Positions 22,746-37,161 of a stretch of 64,000 bases of DNA are shown here, piece after piece. Under the pieces are notes generated by a model. That model saw only the letters and a program-made list of their open reading frames with translations. It had not been told where the DNA came from and made no database searches. Position 1 is the first letter of the stretch. The number at the start of each line of letters is the position of its first letter. The translations under genes were made by a program, and so were the position numbers. Source of the stretch: Eledone cirrhosa (Eukaryota); NCBI GenBank assembly GCA_964016885.1, contig OZ024741.1:133610001-133674000 (forward strand), given 5' to 3'.

Positions 22746-23106
22746 TCTCTCTCTCTATAAAATTCTTTGTCTCTCTGTCTGTCTGTCTTTTCCTTATGTA
22801 TTCCCAAACAGCTCGACCGAATCAAATCAAATTTTACAAGGTAATAGAATTAGACCCCGGGATTAACAACATGTAATTTTTATTTTCATTTGGATTAAAA
22901 CAATATAACATTTTATCTAAAATAATCTACTATAGACTATAAGTAAATGGACTATAATAATACGACGACGACGACGTCACATTTTGTATATGAGTGTGTA
23001 TGTGTCTGTGAGTGTGTGTGTTTGTGCGTTCGTTGCATACGTTAGGCCTTAGTAAGTAACATACACACATCTTCACGTAAATATTTAATCAGATACACAG
23101 AGAATT

Positions 23107-23184
<78 letters not shown>

Positions 23185-24083
23185 CTACACATACATATGT
23201 GATGACTGACAAATATATGTGTGTGAGTGTATGTGAGAGTATATGTGTGTGTGAGTATACATACATTTCTGTGACGACTGACATAATTAAACGCTGGAGG
23301 TGAAACTGTGTGTGTTTGTATGAATGTATGTCTGTGTGTGCGTTTTTTATAAATGTATGTTTGTGTGAGTGTATATGTGTCTGTTGGTGGGTGAAACTCT
23401 ATGTGTGTGTTTGTATAAATGAATGTCTGTGTGTTTTTTGTAAGTGTATGTTTGTGTGAGAGCATGTGTCTGTTCGTTTATATTTATATTCTCATACCGT
23501 TAAATTAGCAGTTAATACATCTGCTTATAATTGGTTAATTTACACTGCATACAAAAATAAAGTTTAATATATATTTCCTTTGGATGTTAATACTTATTTG
23601 TTGACAATATTGAACAAAAAAATGTCTTTATTCTAAAAATTCCTCTCATATCTACAGTTGTTCCATTTGAATTTAAGAGGCTTTAGTTTTCAGTCAAACT
23701 AAGTTTTGTTATTCCAATTAACAAATCTCAGGGTCAATCTCTCAATGTAGTTGGACTTGATCTCTCTACTACATGTTTCTCCCACGACCAACTCTATATT
23801 GATTGCTTACAAGTTGGAAGCAGCAACAATTTATTTGATCAGCTCTTCAATATCACTGGAATTCTATAAGAATCTAGCTTCTATGAATATTGTTTCTCGA
23901 AGGTGCTTCAAGATTGACAGATCTTTCATTTCTAAATCCTATTATCATTAGAATTTTGATATTTAAAAAAATAAAATATAGATATTTTGAAATAATTATG
24001 AGAAAAAAAATGTATCTTCATATTCATTGTTTACTAATCTGAATAAGAACAGCAGTAAACCGGGCAACGGGTCATTCAGCTAG
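22746..24083 (+). mobile_element. Non-autonomous Helitron with a PIF1 helicase C-terminal relic
   Basis: A|TC start and CTAG|T end (24080-24083) after ccgggcaacggg. 23621-23838 encodes PFEFKRL*FSVKLSFVIPINKSQGQSLNVVGLDL...FSHDQLY. Confidence 0.8.
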
Positions 24084-24265
24084 TTTATAATTTTTTTGTT
24101 TGAACATTTTCACGGACAGATTAAAAGGCATATATACTGACAGGCAGAGCACACACACTCAGACACAAATACAGACACACTGATATGCATACACATGTAT
24201 ACAAACACATACACACAAGCTCACGCACACACACACAGACGCACATACAGACGCACAAGCACACG

Positions 24266-24342
<77 letters not shown>

Positions 24343-24677
24343 GGACACGCACATACACACACACACACGAGCATTTACACAGATACAGAGACACACACAC
24401 ACAGTCACATCACACACAGATACAGACTGACACACATACAGACACACATACAGACACACACACACAGAACAAAACAATGAGTATGTTGTAACATGGTGTA
24501 ATGTATTGCTGGAATTTTAGCTTCCATTTATACATCTTCCTCCGTTTCTTCAAACTTACTATAACAAATAAATATATCAACCCAACCCCACACAAATATA
24601 TAGATTTTCACAGTATCTTTACCCCCAGCTTATTACCTGTACCCTTAGACAATTCGTCAGTTTTATAATTTCACTTA

Positions 24678-24871
24678 TGAGGGTGGGGTGAAAAGTTCAT
24701 AGGCTGACTATGAAGGAATGATGCTAGGGCTGTAAAATCTTGAATGCATTAAATTCAACTTCTTATTAATAACTGTATCGTTTCTTTCCAGGGACTATGC
24801 TAAAAACAAACCTCATTTGGTCATTCAATGAGACTATTTTGGTCAGCCTATGAACATTTCAGTAGAACTCA
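24678..24871. mobile_element. Mariner-type MITE (one per array unit)
   Basis: TA TSD and imperfect ~31-bp TIRs tgagggtggggtgaaaagttcataggctgac / gtcagcctatgaacatttcagtagaactca. Confidence 0.7.
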
Positions 24872-25130
24872 TATTAAATAGGAAAAGAGAAAAAAATATT
24901 AAATAATGAAATGAGGAGCAGACTCTACATTCCCGGTTAGGTATACATCAGCTGCATCCAGTAGACGATATGGTGAAAACATTGCCGCAAAGAACAACCA
25001 ATGACACCCGCTGCATCAACCACTCCACCTCACGGAGATCCATTCCTAAGCCAGATGAACTCCCAATTTATAAATACTGCTTTAAGCAAATCGATACAAA
25101 TAAATAAATTAATAAATAATAAAAACTTAC

Positions 25131-25189
25131 GCCATCCCATTTCTGGTTTGGGATTAAAATTTCTTTAAACTCAGATGTCACCGCTGAAG
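25131..25189 (-). CDS. PHM-like gene, exon xSAVTSEFKEILIPNQKWDG (identical copies at 27720-27778, 30387-30445, 33050-33108)
   Basis: Acceptor tgtcttcag and donor gtaagt; 59 nt, phase 1->0. EILIPN aligns with PHM DIRMPG. Confidence 0.75.
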
Positions 25190-25718
25190 CTGAAGACAGC
25201 AACACACAGAACGAAATAAGTAAAGCACACATGCTTAGCGTTCTCTCGACTCAACATAAATTTTGGCCTTTATATATATAAAAATACTCACACACATACA
25301 CCACACGCATCAACTAATCTCTGTATAACTTTCTATTTATGTATTTTCAATTGTTTGTGTACAAACATCAACACATACACGCACACATAAAGGCACGCGC
25401 ACATACACACACACACACACCCACATACATATATACTGTATATATATATATCATATACATATATTTACACACCCACCCGTATGATTATTTATGGATATTT
25501 ACACACCCGTTTGCTTATTTATGAATAATAACAAGATTAAAACTGAATAACTCAGGCAGAAATAAATAAATAAAAAAAAACACGTGAAGAAAGAAATAGA
25601 TTCCGTACCAATAAGTAATGAATAAATGAATAAAATGTTAAAGATAAAAAGAGAGGAAAAAATAGAGAAATAGAGGGGTACTGAAATAAAGAAAAAGGAA
25701 ACAGAAATATATATATAT

Positions 25719-26047
25719 GGTAATAGGGTTGGTGCTCTGAAATAGCGATGTATATATGAATGTATGTATAGTATATTTGGCAATATACCGTATGATTAAT
25801 TAAAAAAATTTAGAAGACCATACGCTATAAGTTTTAAAGTAGTGACTATGTCATTTACTTCTTTTTTTCGGTAAAAGAATGGAGAGAAGCTAACAGAGTC
25901 TGTTTCACACTGTTGGTGATCATCAGAGCAACGTACTTTGCCGAAAATCATAGAAGCTGGATTCTTATAGAATTCCAGTAATAATCAGGAGATGATTATA
26001 CAAAGCGAATGCCGGTCCAGAAAAAATTAGGTATTAGGATTGGTGCT
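25719..26047 (-). mobile_element. Retrozyme family B monomer (311 nt plus 18-nt redundancy); hammerhead at 25889-25929 (also 28494, 31161, 33827)
   Basis: ggtaWtaggRttggtgct at both ends. gct-CTGATGA-tcac caaca gtgt-GAAA-cag act ctg-TT-agc. Confidence 0.78.
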
Positions 26048-26054
26048 GTCGGTG

Positions 26055-26333
26055 TCGAGTTTCTGACTCTTTCCATATTACCCAGTATACTACCCTAAGT
26101 ATTGAGTACTCTGGTGCGTTATGGTCCACCTGGTATCTTACCACACCCTATTTGTTATATATATATATATATATATGTATATATTACAAAGGAATTGTGG
26201 TAAGGAACCAGATAGACCATAACGCACCTGAGTACTCAATACTTGGGTTAGTAGAGTGGGAAATAGGAAAAAGTAGGAGTCCAGAAATAGTCGCCGAAAC
26301 GGCTTGAGCTCTGCCGTCAGGGTCATACTTTTT

Positions 26334-26336
<3 letters not shown>
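26055..26336. mobile_element. Penelope pLTR fragments tail-to-tail around (TA)n, plus an inverted partial hammerhead
   Basis: Same family as 16941-17070 (gtattgagtact..ggtgcgttatggtc; gaaacggcttgagctc.gccgtc). Confidence 0.75.
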
Positions 26337-26398
<62 letters not shown>

Positions 26399-26399
<1 letters not shown>

Positions 26400-26912
26400 A
26401 ACGGAAAAAATGAAACGAAATTTCATTTCCCACTCTTAGGACGGCTCTTACTTAAATATAAGTATGTACACGTACATACATATATGTATACAGACGTACA
26501 GTAGTATGTATATATATATATATACATACATGCACACATATATATATATGTACGTCTGGATTCACGAACATTTATTATAATGCTCGGTGTGTTTGTAAAC
26601 AAATATCCAGTATTAAGCCGCAGTGTCCAGCAACCATCGTTGCTCGTTTGTTCAACACTGACAAAGGAACGCTGTACTAGTTTCAAGCTTATCAGCTATC
26701 GTCAGCAACGTATACCTTCCTGCCAGATTGTCGAACGTATATACTTACCTTATGCATATTAACAGCTGAGAAGCCCAATTTGCATATCGAGTGGGTTATA
26801 TGCAAATTGGGCTTCTCAGCTGTTAATATGCATAAGGTAAGTATATACGTTCAACAATCTGGCAGGAAGGTATACGTTGCTGACGATAGCTAATAAGCTT
26901 GAAACTAGTACA
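26399..26912 (-). mobile_element. Retrozyme family A with a 115-bp fold-back; hammerhead at 26664-26718 (also 29333-29387, 31996-32050)
   Basis: Arms 26673-26787 and 26798-26912. The + arm ends 2 nt past the GUA cleavage site. Confidence 0.85.
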
Positions 26913-27984
26913 CATATACAGACGCACACACATATACAGACGCACATACACATACACACACACACACACGAGCATTTACACAGATACAGAGACACACACA
27001 CACAGTCACATCACACACAGATACAGACTGACACAAATACAGACACACACACACAGAACAAAACAATAAGTATGTTGTAACATGGTGTAATGTATTGCTG
27101 GAATTTTAGCTTCCATTTATACATCTTCCTCCGTTTCTTCAAACTTACTATAACAAATAAATATATCAACCCAACCCCACACAAATATATAGATTTTCAC
27201 AGTATCTTTACCCCCAGCTTATTACCTGTACCCTTAGACAATTCGTCAGTTTTATAATTTCACTTATGAGGGTGGGGTGAAAAGTTCATAGGCTGACTAT
27301 GAAGGAATGATGCTAGGGCTGTAAAATCTTGAATGCATTAAATTCAACTTCTTATTAATAACTGTATCGTTTCTTTCCAGGGACTATGCTAAAAACAAAC
27401 CTCATTTGGTCATTCAATGAGACTATTTTGGTCAGCCTATGAACATTTCAGTAGAACTCATATTAAATAGGAAAAGAGAAAAAAATATTAAATAATGAAA
27501 TGAGGAGCAGACTCTACATTCCCGGTTAGGTATACATCAGCTGCATCCAGTAGACGATATGGTGAAAACATTGCCGCAAAGAACAACCAATGACACCCGC
27601 TGCATCAACCACTCCACCTCACGGAGATCCATTCCTAAGCCAGATGAACTCCCAATTTATAAATACTGCTTTAAGCAAATCGATACAAATAAATAAATTA
27701 ATAAATAATAAAAACTTACGCCATCCCATTTCTGGTTTGGGATTAAAATTTCTTTAAACTCAGATGTCACCGCTGAAGCTGAAGACAGCAACACACAGAA
27801 CGAAATAAGTAAAGCACACATGCTTAGCGTTCTCTCGACTCAACATAAATTTTGGCCTTTATATATATAAAAATATTCACACACATACACCACACGCATC
27901 AACTAATCTCTGTATAACTTTCTATGTATGTATTTTCAATTGTTTGTGTACAAACATCAACACATACACGCACACATAAAGGCA

Positions 27985-28015
<31 letters not shown>

Positions 28016-28759
28016 CCACATACATATATATATATATATACTGTATATATATATATCATATACATATATTTACACACCCACCCGTATGATTATTTATGTA
28101 TATTTACACACCCGTTTGCTTATTTATGAATAACAACAAGATTAAAACTGAATAACTCAGACAGAAATAAATAAATAAAAAAAAACACGTGAAGAAAGAA
28201 ATAGATTCCGTACCAATAAGTAATGAATAAATGAATAAAATGTTAAAGATAAAAAGAGAGGAAAAAATAGAGAAATAGAGGGGTACTGAAATAAAGAAAA
28301 AGGAAACAGAAATATATATATATGGTAATAGGGTTGGTGCTCTGAAATAGCGATGTATATATGAATGTATGTATAGTATATTTGGCAATATACCGTATGA
28401 TTAATTAAAAAAATTTAGAAGACCATACGCTATAAGTTTTAAAGTAGTGACTATGTCATTTACTTCTTTTTTTCGGTAAAAGAATGGAGAGAAGCTAACA
28501 GAGTCTGTTTCACACTGTTGGTGATCATCAGAGCAACGTACTTTGCCGAAAATCATAGAAGCTGGATTCTTATAGAATTCCAGTAATAATCAGGAGATGA
28601 TTATACAAAGCGAATGCCGGTCCAGAAAAAATTAGGTATTAGGATTGGTGCTGTCGGTGTCGAGTTTCTGACTCTTTCCATATTACCCAGTATACTACCC
28701 TAAGTATTGAGTACTCTGGTGCGTTATGGTCCACCTGGTATCTTACCACACCCTATTTG

Positions 28760-28837
<78 letters not shown>

Positions 28838-28986
28838 TACAAAGGAATTGTGGTAAGGAACCAGATAGACCATAACGCACCTGAGTACTCAATACTTGGG
28901 TTAGTAGAGTGGGAAATAGGAAAAAGTAGGAGTCCAGAAATAGTCGCCGAAACGGCTTGAGCTCTGCCGTCAGGGTCATACTTTTT

Positions 28987-29068
<82 letters not shown>

Positions 29069-30651
29069 AACGGAAAAAATGAAACGAAATTTCATTTCCC
29101 ACTCTTAGGACGGCTCTTACTTAAATATAAGTATGTACACGTACATACATATATGTATACAGACGTACAGTAGTATGTATATATATATATATACATACAT
29201 GCACACATATATATATATGTACGTCTGGATTCACGAACATTTATTATAATGCTCGGTGTGTTTGTAAACAAATATCCAGTATTAAGCCGCAGTGTCCAGC
29301 AACCATCGTTGCTCGTTTGTTCAACACTGACAAAGGAACGCTGTACTAGTTTCAAGCTTATCAGCTATCGTCAGCAACGTATACCTTCCTGCCAGATTGT
29401 CGAACGTATATACTTACCTTATGCATATTAACAGCTGAGAAGCCCAATTTGCATATCGAGTGGGTTATATGCAAATTGGGCTTCTCAGCTGTTAATATGC
29501 ATAAGGTAAGTATATACGTTCAACAATCTGGCAGGAAGGTATACGTTGCTGACGATAGCTAATAAGCTTGAAACTAGTACACATATACAGACGCACACAC
29601 ATATACAGACGCACATACACATACACACACACACACGAGCATTTACACAGATACAGAGACACACACACACAGTCACATCACACACAGATACAGACTGACA
29701 CAAATACAGACACACACACACAGAACAAAACAATAAGTATGTTGTAACATGGTGTAATGTATTGCTGGAATTTTAGCTTCCATTTATACATCTTCCTCCG
29801 TTTCTTCAAACTTACTATAACAAATAAATATATCAACCCAACCCCACACAAATATATAGATTTTCACAGTATCTTTACCCCCAGCTTATTACCTGTACCC
29901 TTAGACAATTCGTCAGTTTTATAATTTCACTTATGAGGGTGGGGTGAAAAGTTCATAGGCTGACTATGAAGGAATGATGCTAGGGCTGTAAAATCTTGAA
30001 TGCATTAAATTCAACTTCTTATTAATAACTGTATCGTTTCTTTCCAGGGACTATGCTAAAAACAAACCTCATTTGGTCATTCAATGAGACTATTTTGGTC
30101 AGCCTATGAACATTTCAGTAGAACTCATATTAAATAGGAAAAGAGAAAAAAATATTAAATAATGAAATGAGGAGCAGACTCTACATTCCCGGTTAGGTAT
30201 ACATCAGCTGCATCCAGTAGACGATATGGTGAAAACATTGCCGCAAAGAACAACCAATGACACCCGCTGCATCAACCACTCCACCTCACGGAGATCCATT
30301 CCTAAGCCAGATGAACTCCCAATTTATAAATACTGCTTTAAGCAAATCGATACAAATAAATAAATTAATAAATAATAAAAACTTACGCCATCCCATTTCT
30401 GGTTTGGGATTAAAATTTCTTTAAACTCAGATGTCACCGCTGAAGCTGAAGACAGCAACACACAGAACGAAATAAGTAAAGCACACATGCTTAGCGTTCT
30501 CTCGACTCAACATAAATTTTGGCCTTTATATATATAAAAATATTCACACACATACACCACACGCATCAACTAATCTCTGTATAACTTTCTATGTATGTAT
30601 TTTCAATTGTTTGTGTACAAACATCAACACATACACGCACACATAAAGGCA

Positions 30652-30682
<31 letters not shown>

Positions 30683-31426
30683 CCACATACATATATATAT
30701 ATATATACTGTATATATATATATCATATACATATATTTACACACCCACCCGTATGATTATTTATGTATATTTACACACCCGTTTGCTTATTTATGAATAA
30801 CAACAAGATTAAAACTGAATAACTCAGACAGAAATAAATAAATAAAAAAAAACACGTGAAGAAAGAAATAGATTCCGTACCAATAAGTAATGAATAAATG
30901 AATAAAATGTTAAAGATAAAAAGAGAGGAAAAAATAGAGAAATAGAGGGGTACTGAAATAAAGAAAAAGGAAACAGAAATATATATATATGGTAATAGGG
31001 TTGGTGCTCTGAAATAGCGATGTATATATGAATGTATGTATAGTATATTTGGCAATATACCGTATGATTAATTAAAAACATTTAGAAGACCATACGCTAT
31101 AAGTTTTAAAGTAGTGACTATGTCATTTACTTCTTTTTTTCGGTAAAAGAATGGAGAGAAGCTAACAGAGTCTGTTTCACACTGTTGGTGATCATCAGAG
31201 CAACGTACTTTGCCGAAAATCATAGAAGCTGGATTCTTATAGAATTCCAGTAATAATCAGGAGATGATTATACAAAGCGAATGCCGGTCCAGAAAAAATT
31301 AGGTATTAGGATTGGTGCTGTCGGTGTCGAGTTTCTGACTCTTTCCATATTACCCAGTATACTACCCTAAGTATTGAGTACTCTGGTGCGTTATGGTCCA
31401 CCTGGTATCTTACCACACCCTATTTG

Positions 31427-31500
<74 letters not shown>

Positions 31501-31649
31501 TACAAAGGAATTGTGGTAAGGAACCAGATAGACCATAACGCACCTGAGTACTCAATACTTGGGTTAGTAGAGTGGGAAATAGGAAAAAGTAGGAGTCCAG
31601 AAATAGTCGCCGAAACGGCTTGAGCTCTGCCGTCAGGGTCATACTTTTT

Positions 31650-31731
<82 letters not shown>

Positions 31732-34095
31732 AACGGAAAAAATGAAACGAAATTTCATTTCCCACTCTTAGGACGGCTCTTACTTAAATATAAGTATGTA
31801 CACGTACATACATATATGTATACAGACGTACAGTAGTATGTATATATATATATATACATACATGCACACATATATATATATGTACGTCTGGATTCACGAA
31901 CATTTATTATAATGCTCGGTGTGTTTGTAAACAAATATCCAGTATTAAGCCGCAGTGTCCAGCAACCATCGTTGCTCGTTTGTTCAACACTGACAAAGGA
32001 ACGCTGTACTAGTTTCAAGCTTATCAGCTATCGTCAGCAACGTATACCTTCCTGCCAGATTGTCGAACGTATATACTTACCTTATGCATATTAACAGCTG
32101 AGAAGCCCAATTTGCATATCGAGTGGGTTATATGCAAATTGGGCTTCTCAGCTGTTAATATGCATAAGGTAAGTATATACGTTCAACAATCTGGCAGGAA
32201 GGTATACGTTGCTGACGATAGCTAATAAGCTTGAAACTAGTACACATATACAGACGCACACACATATACAGACGCACATACACATACACACACACACACG
32301 AGCATTTACACAGATACAGAGACACACACACACAGTCACATCACACACAGATACAGACTGACACAAATACAGACACACACACACAGAACAAAACAATAAG
32401 TATGTTGTAACATGGTGTAATGTATTGCTGGAATTTTAGCTTCCATTTATACATCTTCCTCCGTTTCTTCAAACTTACTATAACAAATAAATATATCAAC
32501 CCAACCCCACACAAATATATAGATTTTCACAGTATCTTTACCCCCAGCTTATTACCTGTACCCTTAGACAATTCGTCAGTTTTATAATTTCACTTATGAG
32601 GGTGGGGTGAAAAGTTCATAGGCTGACTATGAAGGAATGATGCTAGGGCTGTAAAATCTTGAATGCATTAAATTCAACTTCTTATTAATAACTGTATCGT
32701 TTCTTTCCAGGGACTATGCTAAAAACAAACCTCATTTGGTCATTCAATGAGACTATTTTGGTCAGCCTATGAACATTTCAGTAGAACTCATATTAAATAG
32801 GAAAAGAGAAAAAAATATTAAATAATGAAATGAGGAGCAGACTCTACATTCCCGGTTAGGTATACATCAGCTGCATCCAGTAGACGATATGGTGAAAACA
32901 TTGCCGCAAAGAACAACCAATGACACCCGCTGCATCAACCACTCCACCTCACGGAGATCCATTCCTAAGCCAGATGAACTCCCAATTTATAAATACTGCT
33001 TTAAGCAAATCGATACAAATAAATAAATTAATAAATAATAAAAACTTACGCCATCCCATTTCTGGTTTGGGATTAAAATTTCTTTAAACTCAGATGTCAC
33101 CGCTGAAGCTGAAGACAGCAACACACAGAACGAAATAAGTAAAGCACACATGCTTAGCGTTCTCTCGACTCAACATAAATTTTGGCCTTTATATATATAA
33201 AAATATTCACACACATACACCACACGCATCAACTAATCTCTGTATAACTTTCTATGTATGTATTTTCAATTGTTTGTGTACAAACATCAACACATACACG
33301 CACACATAAAGGCACGCGCACATACACACACACACACACACACCCACATACATATATATATATATATACTGTATATATATATATCATATACATATATTTA
33401 CACACCCACCCGTATGATTATTTATGTATATTTACACACCCGTTTGCTTATTTATGAATAACAACAAGATTAAAACTGAATAACTCAGACAGAAATAAAT
33501 AAATAAAAAAAAACACGTGAAGAAAGAAATAGATTCCGTACCAATAAGTAATGAATAAATGAATAAAATGTTAAAGATAAAAAGAGAGGAAAAAAATAGA
33601 GAAATAGAGGGGTACTGAAATAAAGAAAAAGGTAACAGAAATATATATATATATATGGTAATAGGATTGGTGCTCTGAAATAGCGATGTATATATGAATG
33701 TATGTATAGTATATTTGGCAATATACCGTATGATTAATTAAAAACATTTAGAAGACCATACGCTATAAGTTTTAAAGTAGTGACTATGTCATTTACTTCT
33801 TTTTTTCGGTAAAAGAATGGAGAGAAGCTAACAGAGTCTGTTTCACACAGTTGGTGATCATCAGAGCAACGTACTTTGCCGAAAATCATAGAAGCTGGAT
33901 TCTTATAGAATTCCAGTAATAATCAGGAAATGATTATACAAAGCGATTGCCGGTCCATCAAAAATTATGTATTAGGATTGGTGCTGTCAGCAGTCGAGTT
34001 TCTGACTCTTTCGATATTACCCACTATACTACCCTCTAAGTATTGAGTACTCTGGTGCGTTATGGTCCACCTGGTATCTTACCACACCCTATCTG

Positions 34096-34197
<102 letters not shown>

Positions 34198-34344
34198 CAA
34201 AGGAATTGTGGTAAGGAACCAGATGGACCATAACGCACCAGAGTACTCAATACTTAGGGTAGTAGAGTGGGAAATAGGAAAAAGTAGGAGTCCAGAAATA
34301 GTCGCCGAAACGGCTTGAGCTCTGCCGTCAGGGTCATACTTTTT

Positions 34345-34380
<36 letters not shown>

Positions 34381-34465
34381 TGTATGTATCCGAACAGCTA
34401 GATCCGAAACAGTTCAGATCTAGCTGTCGAAACGGCTGGAGCTCAGCCGTCGGGGTCCTGACTCT

Positions 34466-34534
<69 letters not shown>

Positions 34535-34582
34535 ATGAGATTCTACAGGACTAGAACTGTTTCATTCATTAGAAATCATCAG

Positions 34583-34635
34583 GAGATTCCTGATGATTTC
34601 TAATGAATGAAACAGTTCTAGTCCTGTAGAATCTC
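34583..34635 (+). ncRNA. Type I hammerhead ribozyme (family E) inside a palindrome at 34531-34641
   Basis: gagattc-CTGATGA-tttc taat gaat-GAAA-cag ttctagtc ctg-TA-gaatctc. Predicted cut after A34628. Confidence 0.85.
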
Positions 34636-34716
34636 ATCTATATTAAAACTTTTATACTCTGTTATGTATTGAGTACCTTACTTACTGTGGTTACCTCCGA
34701 TTCAACCCGGAATAAC

Positions 34717-34810
<94 letters not shown>

Positions 34811-35251
34811 GAGAGAGAGAGAGAAAGAGCGAATAGAACACTTTTCTTTATTGTTCTGACTGTGCTGACGTGGCTTTCACAGCTCTTTGTATCTTAACGG
34901 GTACATTGTCTACAGTGTCCTTAATTTATGACAATAAAGTAGGCTTTATTGGATGAAGGACACTGTAGACCAAAGGTTCTCAACCCATTTCGGCCAAACG
35001 CCCCCTTATAAAATACTTAGTAGCAACGAATGAATTGAGAAGCTTGGAGACAGTGAGAAAGTCATATCTGTATCCCTTATATATATACATAGACACACAC
35101 ACGCACACACACATATACGCGCACGCACGCAAACACATACATACATACACACACACAATCTTGTGTGGTTTTGGTACAGAAATAATTTGTCGCCAATTTT
35201 TATTGCCAGGTCAAAGGCCACTGCTCTTTTCAACAACGCCATATATATATA

Positions 35252-36532
35252 AGATACGATTAGCAGCTTGTAGCAGCAACATATAATTTATCACTCCGAT
35301 CCTAGGAAGAGCAATAAAACCTGTTCATAAACTGAATCCTACGTTCGATCACCAATACCATGAGCTTGTCTTTCAAGTAAGTCTGATATTTGATTTCGGA
35401 TTCAAAGAAACACCTTAAACGATTGTTCGTTTAATTTGTCCAGGTGTACTTTTCTCAACCTGATTAGTTCTATCGTTACTTTGGTACATATTGTGTGTTA
35501 GTTTAGCCTACCACAATGTTCGATTTGTTAAGCTATTTAAACGTATGTTATTACTCTAAGGCCCTACCTTATCGAGTGCTATGCTAACTCATCACTTCAT
35601 ATAAGTAGGCCGAATTTACTTGCAAACCGCGAGAGATTCGATTTTACTGATTTCCAATTATATTATTCTCCTAGATTTAATAATTAACTAATTAATTTAA
35701 TTAGACAACTCTGTTGATTGGTTAATTATTAGTGTTTGTTTTATAACATCTAGTCGAGAGCTTATCATGATGATTAGCGGAAATTTAAACTATTTCCTTT
35801 TTCGCTAACATTTTGAATGAACCGCCTGGGACCGGGGGTTATTTCCCTTGCCGGAATTAACACGTGATAATTATAGATACGATTAGCAGCTTGTAGCAGC
35901 AACATATAATTTATCACTCCGATCCTAGGAAGAGCGATAAAACCTGTTGATAAACTGAATCCTATATTCGATCACCAATAACATGAGCTTGCTTTTCAAG
36001 TAAGTCTGATATTTGATTTCAGATTCAAAGAAACACTTTAAACGATTGTTCGTTTAATTTGTCCAGGTGTACTTTTCTCAACCTGATTAGTTCTATCGTT
36101 ACTTTGGTACATATTGTGTGTTAGTTTAGCCTACCACAATGTTCGATTTGTCAAGCTATTTAAACGTATGTTATTACTCTAAGGCACTACCTTATCGAGT
36201 GCTTTTCTAACTCACCACTTCATATAAGTAGGCCGAATTTACTTGCAAACCGCCAGAGATTCGATTTTATTGATTTCCAATTATATTATTCTCCTAGATT
36301 TAATAATTAACTAATTAATTTAATTAGACAATTCTGTTGATTGGTTAATTATTAGTGTTTGTTTTATAACATCTAGTCGAGAGCTTATTTCGAATTCAAA
36401 GAAACACTTTAAACGATTGTTCGTTTAATTTGTCCAAGTATACTTTTCTCAACCTGATTAGTTCTATCGTTACTTTGGTACATATTGTGTGTTAGTTTAG
36501 CCTACCACAATGTTCGATTTGTCAAGCTATTT
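35252..36532. repeat. ~623-bp tandem repeat inside the hAT element
   Basis: agatacgattagcagcttg at ~35252 and ~35875, plus a partial third block from ~36393. Confidence 0.85.
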
Positions 36533-36554
36533 CATATATATATATATATATATA

Positions 36555-37161
36555 TAAATGGAAAAAAATGAAACGAAATTTCATTTCTCACTCTTAGTAC
36601 GGCTGTTACTTAAATATAAGTATGTATACGTACATACATATATGTATACAGACGTACAGTAGTATGTATATATATACATACATGCACACATATATATATG
36701 TACGTATGGATTTACCGAACATTTATTATAATGCTCGGTTTGTTTGGAAACAAACATCCCGAATTAAGCCGTACAGTGTTTACAAACCATCGTTGCCCTT
36801 TTGTTCAACACTGACAAAGGAACGATGTACTAGTTTCAAGCTTATTAGCTATCGTCAGCGTCGCATACCTTCCTGCCAGATGATTGAACGTCTGAAAGTA
36901 TATACTTTCCTTATGCATATTAACGGCTGAGCAGCCTAATTTGCATATCGAGTGAGTTAATCGCCCGGGCGCACCGAAAACGATAAATGTAAAAAATGAA
37001 ACGAAATTTCATTTCTCACTCTTAGTACGGCTGTTACTTAAATATAAGTATGTATACGTACATACATATATGTATACAGACGTACAGTAGTATGTATATA
37101 TATACATACATGCACACATATATATATGTACGTATGGATTTACCGAACATTTATTATAATG
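36555..37161 (-). mobile_element. Retrozyme family A, 1.4 monomers (428-nt period); hammerhead at 36817-36871
   Basis: The tgaaacgaaatttcatttctcactc block occurs at 36569 and 36997. Confidence 0.85.

Noticed and set aside
25190-25230. CTGAAGA...GAAA as a hammerhead
   Set aside because: No stem I or II pairing; the sequence is the antisense of a splice acceptor.
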